A DNA stretch of 64,000 bases from Patescibacteria group bacterium (lineage in GTDB: Bacteria; Patescibacteriota; Microgenomatia; Levybacterales; UBA12049): positions 18,092-82,091 of the forward strand of contig JBGTMH010000045.1 in the NCBI GenBank assembly GCA_041743715.1, read 5' to 3'. The stretch's first letter is position 1; each line of letters starts with the position of its first letter. Positions 57,028 to 64,000 of this stretch are shown here, piece after piece. The translations under genes were made by a program, and so were the position numbers. Under the pieces are notes generated by a model that made no database searches, was not told the DNA's origin, and saw only the letters and a program-made list of their open reading frames with translations.

Positions 57028-58512
57028 ATGGTCAAAAATAACTTGCAATCAAAGACAAACATTCAAACTCAGCACTTCCCTCCAGTAGTAGCCGTTCTCG
57101 GTCATGTTGATCATGGCAAAACCACACTGCTTGATGCTATCCGTAAAAGTTCTATCGCACAGGGAGAAAAAGGTGGGATCACGCAGAAAATTGGAGCTTC
57201 TGCAATTGAGATACAGCACGAGGGCCGCGAGCGGTGGATAACATTTATTGACACACCTGGACATGAAGCTTTCACCAAAATGCGTGGGCGGGGTGTACAA
57301 GCTGCGGATTTGAGTTTATTAGTCATTTCAGCAGTTGATGGCGTCAAACCCCAAACAAAAGAAAGTATTAAGGCGCTTCAGGAGGCAAAAACGCCTTTTA
57401 TTGTTGTCCTCACCAAATCAGATCTTCCGACCAAAAATACTGAAAAAGTGAAACAGGAGCTTTTGAAAGAACAAATCCAACTGGAAGATTATGGTGGCGA
57501 CATACCTGTAACCGAGGTTTCGGCCAAAACAAATCACAATATTAAGGAACTTCTCGATCTCATTCTTCTGATGTTTGATATGCGCCAAGCGCCTCAACAC
57601 GCTCAAGAAATTTCAAGTGAAGCGCCTCTTTCAGCCGTTGTCATTGAGTCAAAGCTTGACAACCGTGCCGGTCCCAAAGCAACAGTTATTATAAAAAACG
57701 GAAGTATGACCGTGCGGGAAGAAGTGCAAGTCGATGGGCAAATATTTAAAATTCGGATGCTTCTGAATACACTTGGTAAGCCTGTGTCTTCAGCGACTGT
57801 GGGTGATGCTGTTGAGATTTTAGGATTTACCATAGTGCCACAAGTCGGTAGCCTGATTTCTGATAAAGCTAATGCGCAATCTGCAACACCGGAAGTTGCA
57901 GAAAAGGCGCTTAAAAAAGAGTTAGTCTATCAACAAGTAGTAGCACATAAAGGAATTTCTGTTGTGCTCGTCGCTGATTCAGAAGGGTCTCTTGAGGCGA
58001 TAGTGAATGCGCTACCAGAAGGAATAAAGCTGGTTTTGCAAAAAACTGGTGAAGTCAATGATGCTGACGTCCTACTCGCGAAATCAACGGGGAGTATCCT
58101 TTTGAGTTTTAATACAAAACTCAAGCCTGATATTGTGAATCTTGCCTATGTAGAAAAAGTACTTCTGCGCAACTACGATATCATTTACGAACTGCTTGAC
58201 GAAATAAAAGATGCACTTGAGGGAAAGCTGCAGTCGCAAATGGAACATGTTTTCGGAACAGCTAAAATTTTAGCGAAATTTCCATTTGAAAAAACCTTTG
58301 CATTTGGGGTCTCCGTTCTTGATGGAAGAATCGCGCGTGGCGACCGCCTACGGATTATGCGCGGTGAAGATGTCATAGGCGAAACGACCATGAATTCACT
58401 CCGAGTCGGTAAAAATCCAACCTCAAAAGTCGAGAAAGGCCACGAAGCAGGACTAGTTCTTGCGCCGGGTCTTGACATACAGGTAGGAGATGTGATAATA
58501 TCCCATAGTTAA
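57028..58512 (+). CDS. infB: Translation initiation factor IF-2 (short form lacking the N-terminal region)
   Basis: PPVVAVLGHVDHGKTTLLD, DTPGHEAF, TKSD. 494 aa. Confidence 0.9.
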   Translation: MVKNNLQSKTNIQTQHFPPVVAVLGHVDHGKTTLLDAIRKSSIAQGEKGGITQKIGASAIEIQHEGRERWITFIDTPGHEAFTKMRGRGVQAADLSLLVISAVDGVKPQTKESIKALQEAKTPFIVVLTKSDLPTKNTEKVKQELLKEQIQLEDYGGDIPVTEVSAKTNHNIKELLDLILLMFDMRQAPQHAQEISSEAPLSAVVIESKLDNRAGPKATVIIKNGSMTVREEVQVDGQIFKIRMLLNTLGKPVSSATVGDAVEILGFTIVPQVGSLISDKANAQSATPEVAEKALKKELVYQQVVAHKGISVVLVADSEGSLEAIVNALPEGIKLVLQKTGEVNDADVLLAKSTGSILLSFNTKLKPDIVNLAYVEKVLLRNYDIIYELLDEIKDALEGKLQSQMEHVFGTAKILAKFPFEKTFAFGVSVLDGRIARGDRLRIMRGEDVIGETTMNSLRVGKNPTSKVEKGHEAGLVLAPGLDIQVGDVIISHS

Positions 58513-58603
58513 TTAAATTGAGTAGCATTTATAGTACTTTAGCGTAGTTGTTTCGTCACTGAATAATGCTGAACACAGCTGAATTACAAAGGTAGGTAAT
58601 ACT

Positions 58604-59656
58604 ATGGATAAAACAACATTACAGAAATTAAAAGATGCGATCGCTAAAAGCAATAACATCGGTATTGCAGTAGGGCGAGAGCCAACTATTGATGAAATGG
58701 GAGCGGGTCTTGCTCTCTATCTTCTGCTTAAAAATGCTAATAAAAAGGTGAGCATTGCGAGTCCCACTGATCCTATTGTTGAAATTTCCTCACTAGTCGG
58801 TATTGATCGGGTTCAGCGGCAATTTGGCGGAGACGCAGGAGATTTGGTTGTTTCATTTCCTTATGAAGAAGGAGAAATTGAAAAAGTGTCATATACTCTT
58901 GAAAATAATTTTCTCAATATTATCGTTAAAGCTTCAGAACAAGGACTTTCTTTTAATGAAAAAGATGTTAAGTACACACGTGGAAGTGGCACTATCGACC
59001 TGCTGATTGCCGTAGGTGCAGCCAATCTTTCTGACTTAGGTGAGGTTTTTGATGAACAAAAACTTTCAAACGTGACTGTCATTAATATTGATATTAAGCA
59101 AAACAACCAAGGGTTTGGTGACATTGTATTAATTTCGCCCCAAGCATCATCAGTCTGTGAACATGTCGGAGATATTGCGTTAACACTTGGTTTCTCGCTT
59201 GAACAGGATGCATCGCAAAATCTTTTAAGTGGCATTATGTCAGCTACCAAGAACTTCCAAGATCCAAAAACGAGCTCACTCGCTTTTGAAATTGCTTCCT
59301 TTCTTATGAAGCACGGCGCACGCCGAGTAAGTACACAATCTCAACCCGGGCCACGAATGCAACAAGGTAATCAGCAACAGCAACCAAAGCCACGATATTC
59401 TGATGAACCACAGCAAAAAAGAGAAGAAAGACGTCCTGAAGATCGTCAACCAAGACCTGATGATAACAATCAGGTGAACCAGCCCAGAATACCACAACCC
59501 CGACCTATGAATACTGCACCACGACAGCAGGAATCTGTACCAGCTCCCAGACAGTCACAACCACAACCGCAACCAAAAAATGAGGATCAAGCAGATGACG
59601 CACCTCCACTCGATTGGTTAACACCAAAAGTCTACAAAGGATCCTCTGAGGTATAA
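58604..59656 (+). CDS. DHH/DHHA1-fold (NrnA-like) protein with degenerate catalytic motifs and a Q/P-rich tail
   Basis: The overall pattern matches NrnA. However, motif I is GREPTIDEMGAG where H..PDGDA.GS is expected, and the DHH position reads IDIKQN. The C-terminal ~110 aa are Q/P/R-rich. Confidence 0.6.
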   Translation: MDKTTLQKLKDAIAKSNNIGIAVGREPTIDEMGAGLALYLLLKNANKKVSIASPTDPIVEISSLVGIDRVQRQFGGDAGDLVVSFPYEEGEIEKVSYTLENNFLNIIVKASEQGLSFNEKDVKYTRGSGTIDLLIAVGAANLSDLGEVFDEQKLSNVTVINIDIKQNNQGFGDIVLISPQASSVCEHVGDIALTLGFSLEQDASQNLLSGIMSATKNFQDPKTSSLAFEIASFLMKHGARRVSTQSQPGPRMQQGNQQQQPKPRYSDEPQQKREERRPEDRQPRPDDNNQVNQPRIPQPRPMNTAPRQQESVPAPRQSQPQPQPKNEDQADDAPPLDWLTPKVYKGSSEV

Positions 59657-59670
59657 AATTTCAAAAAGCT

Positions 59671-60456
59671 ATGGCTGAAAGAAGAAGAACTGATCAAAGG
59701 ATTTCGCATCAACTGGAAAGACATCTAAGGGAAATAAGCTGGGGCGGATTACAAACATGTACTCCTCAAGAATTATTAGAAGTAACCACACATAAAGGAA
59801 GAAGGAGAGAACCGTTAGTGGTAGAGGACAGAAACCAATTAGTTGCTGCAGTAACAGGAGAACTTCGTCCGGGCGTCTATATAGAAATGGGTACAGGTAA
59901 TAATTCTTATGCTTTTACTACAAGGCGTACATTTACTCCACAAAGTCCTTATATAGGGATGGGAGTTACCTATGATAGTAAAAGCCATCATCCATCATGG
60001 AATGTTAATGTAGATTTACAGGGAAGGAGCGAAAATATTATAACCGGAGAAGCGCAAGAGGTTTTTATGGGTAACGTATCGTTTTCCTCAAAAGATTTAG
60101 GACCTCTTTTGCATTTGGAATTGCTTCAGGAAGCAAAAAGATTTCTTGATCCTGACACAGGCATACTGGTTCTCGCTATAAATGATACTTTCTCTCCACC
60201 TCAGCGCTTCGGAACGCTAGGGTTTCTATTGGAACACGCGGGCTTTGGGAGACGCATGTATCTTGATAATAGCGATCCCTCTTTCGATCAAGTTCAAGAA
60301 ACTTTTGGTTGGTATGGCGATGAAAATACTATGGAGGGAACTGGTATACTTGATCCAAACTGCCAATACATCATCGCTCAACAGGGATCTTTATCTGGAG
60401 AAAGAAGTAGTCGTTTTCCTAGAGGACTAATTAGCAGCTGGACGAGCCGAGGCTAG
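59671..60456 (+). CDS. Hypothetical protein (possibly a degenerate Rossmann/methyltransferase-like fold)
   Basis: 261-aa ORF. VYIEMGTGNN and GILVLAIND loosely resemble SAM-MTase motifs I and IV. No confident family. Confidence 0.4.
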   Translation: MAERRRTDQRISHQLERHLREISWGGLQTCTPQELLEVTTHKGRRREPLVVEDRNQLVAAVTGELRPGVYIEMGTGNNSYAFTTRRTFTPQSPYIGMGVTYDSKSHHPSWNVNVDLQGRSENIITGEAQEVFMGNVSFSSKDLGPLLHLELLQEAKRFLDPDTGILVLAINDTFSPPQRFGTLGFLLEHAGFGRRMYLDNSDPSFDQVQETFGWYGDENTMEGTGILDPNCQYIIAQQGSLSGERSSRFPRGLISSWTSRG

Positions 60457-60524
60457 TGCATACTAATTTTATATATAAGGGAAGTTATTTTTAAACATTA
60501 CATAATCGCTAAAAAATTACTAAC

Positions 60525-60553
60525 TTGTTCTGAATCTAGGGAAATGGTATAAT
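60525..60553 (+). promoter_or_regulatory. Promoter TTGTTC-17-TATAAT with TGn extended -10, for rpsO
   Basis: TTGTTC 60525-60530, TGG 60545-60547, TATAAT 60548-60553. ATG 60564 follows after 10 nt with no SD. Confidence 0.55.
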
Positions 60554-60563
60554 ACAATCTGTT

Positions 60564-60833
60564 ATGCCGTTATCAACGACTCAGAAACAAGAAATTATTA
60601 ATGAATTCCAGACAGCAAAAGGGGATACTGGGAGCCCAGAGGTGCAGATTGCGCTTCTTTCAAATAGAATCCAACGTCTTGCTGAGCATTTGAAAGCTCA
60701 CGCACATGATGTCCACAGTAGACGCGGACTTCTCTCGATGATTGCAAAACGTCGAAGACTCATCAACTTCCTCAAAAAGGTTGACGATAAAAGAGTCTCT
60801 GGTATACTTAAGAAGATCGGATTAAAAGACTAA
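60564..60833 (+). CDS. rpsO: 30S ribosomal protein S15
   Basis: GDTGSPEVQIALLSNRIQRLAEHLKAHAHDVHSRRGLLSMIAKRRRL. 89 aa. Confidence 0.95.
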   Translation: MPLSTTQKQEIINEFQTAKGDTGSPEVQIALLSNRIQRLAEHLKAHAHDVHSRRGLLSMIAKRRRLINFLKKVDDKRVSGILKKIGLKD

Positions 60834-60920
60834 GCTACGATTGTACCCACATACTCTCTCAAAGAGGATGAATGAACATCAGTAAGTAGTTGTATAACGA
60901 AAGGATATATAAAAAACAAA

Positions 60921-63287
60921 ATGAATAAAACCTCAGTACCTGTAGAATTTGCAGGGAAAACATTGACACTTGAAACAGGACAGTTAGCAGTACAAGCTAC
61001 AGCAGCAGTCTATGCCCGTCTTGGGGATACTGTTGTTCTCGCGACTGTTGTTGAAGGTGGCAAAAGAGCAGATCTGGATTATTTTCCTCTTTCAGTTGAG
61101 TACGTTGAAAGATTGTATGCTGGTGGAAAAATAAAAGGCAGCCGTTGGGTAAAGCGCGAAGGCCGTCCTTCGGACGAAGCAATTCTTGCTGGACGATTGA
61201 TTGACCGTTCGATTCGTCCGCTCTTCCCGAAAGAATTTAAAAATGAGGTGCAAATCATGGTTACTGTATTGTCTGTAGATAGCGAAAACGAACCAGACAT
61301 TTTGGCATTAAATGCTGTTTCAGCAGCTTTAGCAATTTCTAGAATTCCTTGGAATGGGCCTATTGCTGCAGTCCGTATGGGGTACATAGAAGAAAGTGAA
61401 GGCAATCAAGCTGCATACCTTCCAAATCCTACCTCAAGTGAATTACTTATTTCCACACTTGATATCGTCGCTTCCCAAAGTCATGATAAAACCGTTATGG
61501 TTGAGGCAGGCGCGATGGAAGTTCCGGAAGATGTTGTCGCGGGAGCAATTGAAAAAGCGCATACGGAGACGAGAAAAATGCTTGCTGGTATTGAAGAGTT
61601 TGTTAAAAAAGTAGGGCAGAAAAAACTTACTGTCGCGAAAGACGCATCTCTTGCTGAATCAGTACATCTCTTTGAAAAAACCTACAAAAGTGATATTGCT
61701 GCGCTGATTGAAACCAGAGTGAAAAAAGAAGGTGGAGGAAATGAAACAGAAGATTTGATTGATCGGGTCTATGACGAATTGAAAATGAAAGACCCTCAAG
61801 CGGAGGTTGATAAAAAATCACTTTCAAAAGCGCTTGAGCAGGTTATGTTTAAGATGATCCGGGCAGATGTCGTCAATAAAAAGAAACGCGCTGATGGTCG
61901 GGCGGTTGATGAAGTACGTGAAATCTCAGCGCAAGTCAGCATGTTACCAAGAACTCACGGATCAGCGTTCTTTCAACGAGGGATAACACAAGCATTAAGT
62001 ATTGTGACACTTGGTTCACCTCGTCTTGAACAACTGATTGAGTCCGCAGAAGGCGAAGAAACCAAACGCTACATTCATCATTACTCAGGTCCTCCATACT
62101 CTTTCGGACAAGCTGGAAGAGCTGGATTTGTTTCCCGTCGAGAAATCGGTCATGGCGCCCTCGCGGAACGGGCACTCAAAGCTGTTATTCCATCGCAAGC
62201 AGATTTCCCTTACACAATTCGGGTTGTTTCTGAAGTCTTGTCTCAGAATGGTTCAAGCTCTATGGCTTCTACATGTGGCTCAACGCTGGCTCTCATGGAT
62301 GCTGGTGTGCCGATCACTGCTCCCGTTGCTGGTATCTCAATCGGTATGATGTCAGAAGGCGATAAATATGTTTTGTTGACTGATATCATCGGTCTTGAGG
62401 ATTTCTCAGGGGATATGGATTTCAAAGTGGCAGGTACCGAAAAAGGTATTACCGCGATTCAACTTGATGTGAAAATCCCTGGATTAACCGATGCGCAAGT
62501 TGTTGAAATTTTGGCCCGTGCCCGCACAGCCCGCATGACGATTCTAGAAAAGATGCTTGCCGCGATCCCGGAGTCACGTTCAGAAGTCTCAGAATACGCG
62601 CCAAAGATTGAACAAATTCATATTCCAGTTGATAAAATTGGTGAAGTTATCGGACCTGGTGGCAAAAATATTAAAGCTATTATTGCGACAACTGGAGCTG
62701 ATGTTGATATCGACGACGATGGCATGGTCAGTGTTTCAGGTATTTCTGCTGACGCAGTTCAAAAAGCAGTGGACTGGATCAGCGGTATGACCCGAGACGT
62801 AACCCCTGGTGAGGAATTTGATGGTGAAGTAAAACGCATTTTGCCATTTGGAGCCTTCGTCGAATATCTTCCAGGACGGGAAGGTATGGTCCATGTTAGT
62901 AAAATGAAAAGAGGCTTTGTCAAAGATCCGTCCGAAGTCGTTGCTGTTGGAGATAAAGTAAGAGTCAAAGTCGAAGAGCGCGACCAGCAGGGAAGAATCA
63001 ATCTTTCTATGTTACTCGGTGATGATAATGATCAGCCACAGCAATCACAACCACAATCACAACCACAATCACAACCGCAACCAAATTTTGATCGCCCACA
63101 ACCGCAAGGTGGAGATGATCGAGGTGGACGTCCATTTGAAAGAAGAACTGACAACAGAAATGACCGACCTGGCTTTGATCGCCCTGATCGCTCAGATCAT
63201 CCTCTCTCACGCCAATTACGCCGCCAAAACGATGAAAAAAGAACCGGCGGCCGCAAATTTCCTCCAAAGAAACGGTTTAGTAGGTAA
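60921..63287 (+). CDS. pnp: Polyribonucleotide nucleotidyltransferase (PNPase) with a low-complexity C-terminal tail
   Basis: Two RNase PH domains (RADGR, GSSSMASTCG), KH (IGPGGKNIK), S1 (GAFVEYLPGREGMVHVS), then a ~95-aa QPQSQ / RGG-DR-rich extension. Confidence 0.95.
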   Translation: MNKTSVPVEFAGKTLTLETGQLAVQATAAVYARLGDTVVLATVVEGGKRADLDYFPLSVEYVERLYAGGKIKGSRWVKREGRPSDEAILAGRLIDRSIRPLFPKEFKNEVQIMVTVLSVDSENEPDILALNAVSAALAISRIPWNGPIAAVRMGYIEESEGNQAAYLPNPTSSELLISTLDIVASQSHDKTVMVEAGAMEVPEDVVAGAIEKAHTETRKMLAGIEEFVKKVGQKKLTVAKDASLAESVHLFEKTYKSDIAALIETRVKKEGGGNETEDLIDRVYDELKMKDPQAEVDKKSLSKALEQVMFKMIRADVVNKKKRADGRAVDEVREISAQVSMLPRTHGSAFFQRGITQALSIVTLGSPRLEQLIESAEGEETKRYIHHYSGPPYSFGQAGRAGFVSRREIGHGALAERALKAVIPSQADFPYTIRVVSEVLSQNGSSSMASTCGSTLALMDAGVPITAPVAGISIGMMSEGDKYVLLTDIIGLEDFSGDMDFKVAGTEKGITAIQLDVKIPGLTDAQVVEILARARTARMTILEKMLAAIPESRSEVSEYAPKIEQIHIPVDKIGEVIGPGGKNIKAIIATTGADVDIDDDGMVSVSGISADAVQKAVDWISGMTRDVTPGEEFDGEVKRILPFGAFVEYLPGREGMVHVSKMKRGFVKDPSEVVAVGDKVRVKVEERDQQGRINLSMLLGDDNDQPQQSQPQSQPQSQPQPNFDRPQPQGGDDRGGRPFERRTDNRNDRPGFDRPDRSDHPLSRQLRRQNDEKRTGGRKFPPKKRFSR

Positions 63288-63295
63288 AACACATG

Positions 63296-64000
63296 TCACG
63301 AGGTAGTACTGCTTCTCTGACTCTGTACTGTAGTTAAAACCCGCATTGCATCGTCAATATTGTCGTCATCATGATCTTTTAGTTGGAAAACTTTTTGTGC
63401 ATTTTCTTCTCCGAGTATTGCTATAATTTGTTGACTTGCGTCCCCTGTTCTAAGATATCGATCTTTATCCAGAATATCACGACCGGTATTAACTGCTGTT
63501 TCTGTATCTATCTCAGGATCAAACGTACCAGACGTATTGCGTCCGACTAGTTCACAGAGTTTACGAATAAAGAGATATTCTTTTAATTGGTCAATACTTA
63601 GTGAAGGTGGTATTACTTTGCGAAGTAAAGAAATGCCGTCAAAATTGACAAACGGGAGAACATGTTGCGAGTTAAAAGAACCGTAAAGAGATGAATCGAC
63701 TGCAGCATCATAGTCTCTTTCTAAAAATGTAGCATCTATCCACTTTCTCCTTCCTGATTTGTCTGTCGTAGTCCACCTTTTTCGTCTATTGTAATCTTTA
63801 GGGAACAGAGTCCTCATATTAGTATGAAAAAAATCAACTTGATCAAAATAAACCATCCCTTCTTCAATTCCGGATGCCATTGTTTTACCAGCTTCTATAA
63901 ACTCCATTCCTATAGCAGTCGTCTTTGTAAAATTTTCCGCTTTGTCTCCCCGAAAATTGAATAGTATTTCTTTACTTACTGAAGCATGACTTGTTTCATG
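63296..64000 (-). CDS. Hypothetical protein, 5'-truncated by the window edge, with an HExxH motif at the edge
   Basis: The reading frame stays open upstream of the ORF-track ATG (63907) to nt 64000. The extra residues read HETSHASVSKEILFNFRGDKAENFTKTTAIG, so the gene probably starts outside the window. Confidence 0.5.
   Translation of the reverse strand, partial: HETSHASVSKEILFNFRGDKAENFTKTTAIGMEFIEAGKTMASGIEEGMVYFDQVDFFHTNMRTLFPKDYNRRKRWTTTDKSGRRKWIDATFLERDYDAAVDSSLYGSFNSQHVLPFVNFDGISLLRKVIPPSLSIDQLKEYLFIRKLCELVGRNTSGTFDPEIDTETAVNTGRDILDKDRYLRTGDASQQIIAILGEENAQKVFQLKDHDDDNIDDAMRVLTTVQSQRSSTTS

Noticed and set aside
1-64000. Alternative genetic code (UGA recoding as in some CPR lineages)
   Set aside because: TGA terminates several well-supported genes, including the ATGA overlaps at 13899-13902, 15239-15242, 15979-15982 and 16860-16863. 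Conserved proteins are full length under the standard code.
1-64000. CRISPR arrays, rRNA/tRNA genes, transposases, integrases, reverse transcriptase (DGR/retron)
   Set aside because: No spaced direct-repeat arrays, no tRNA-like T-arm/acceptor patterns in the larger intergenic gaps, and no ORF with the corresponding catalytic motifs were seen.

Overview
Gene-dense, AT-rich bacterial chromosomal segment read with the standard code (TGA serves as the stop in several ATGA start/stop overlaps). I saw no rRNA, tRNA, CRISPR array, transposase or integrase. By inference only, it looks like a Patescibacteria/CPR (Microgenomates-like) genome. The basis is two TrbC/VirB2-like 'pilin' genes, shortened housekeeping proteins (494-aa IF-2, 243-aa HrcA, Zn-finger-less DnaJ), many GT-C/GT2 envelope glycosyltransferases, and long AT-rich palindromes between co-directional genes.

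Layout:
- 1-10.2 kb: phosphoketolase fused to a CoA-binding domain, BrnT/BrnA, NUDIX genes, an MNT gene with a HEPN relic, acyl-CoA synthetase, and a membrane/spermidine-synthase-like fusion.
- 10.2-20.2 kb: murB, then a lysine operon lysA-dapL-lysC-dapB-dapA-asd followed by class I LysRS carrying a B3/4-like C-terminal domain. The operon is preceded by a promoter, a 16-codon Lys-rich leader ORF and mutually exclusive antiterminator/terminator hairpins.
- 20.2-31 kb: IMPase-like, rdgB and PEGA/SH3 genes, then a minus-strand envelope block (DPPR-synthase-like UbiA, GT4, GT-C, GT2, tatD, metG).
- 31-51 kb: a Cys-rich pilin-fusion gene, then hrcA-grpE-dnaK-PHP-dnaJ running into pilin, a 964-aa polytopic membrane protein and a 1432-aa M-domain-less Clp/Hsp100 ATPase. 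Further on are a DUF5678-like/retropepsin pair, a DUF2419-like gene and a second, membrane-anchored Clp-like ATPase.
- 51-64 kb: secreted CarboxypepD_reg-like proteins around a TMTC/PMT-like GT-C, then nusA-infB-(DHH-like)-hypothetical-rpsO-pnp and a partial HExxH gene at the window edge.

Most interesting observations:
- The candidate ribosome-mediated lysine attenuator.
- A ~75-100 aa repeat module shared by the C-terminal tails of the polytopic membrane protein and the adjacent Clp ATPase. It defines a pilin/membrane/AAA+ locus embedded in the heat-shock operon.
- A family of GTCAT...ATGAC palindromic elements, two of them read through in frame inside membrane-protein genes.
- Promoter-proximal genes that appear leaderless or nearly so.
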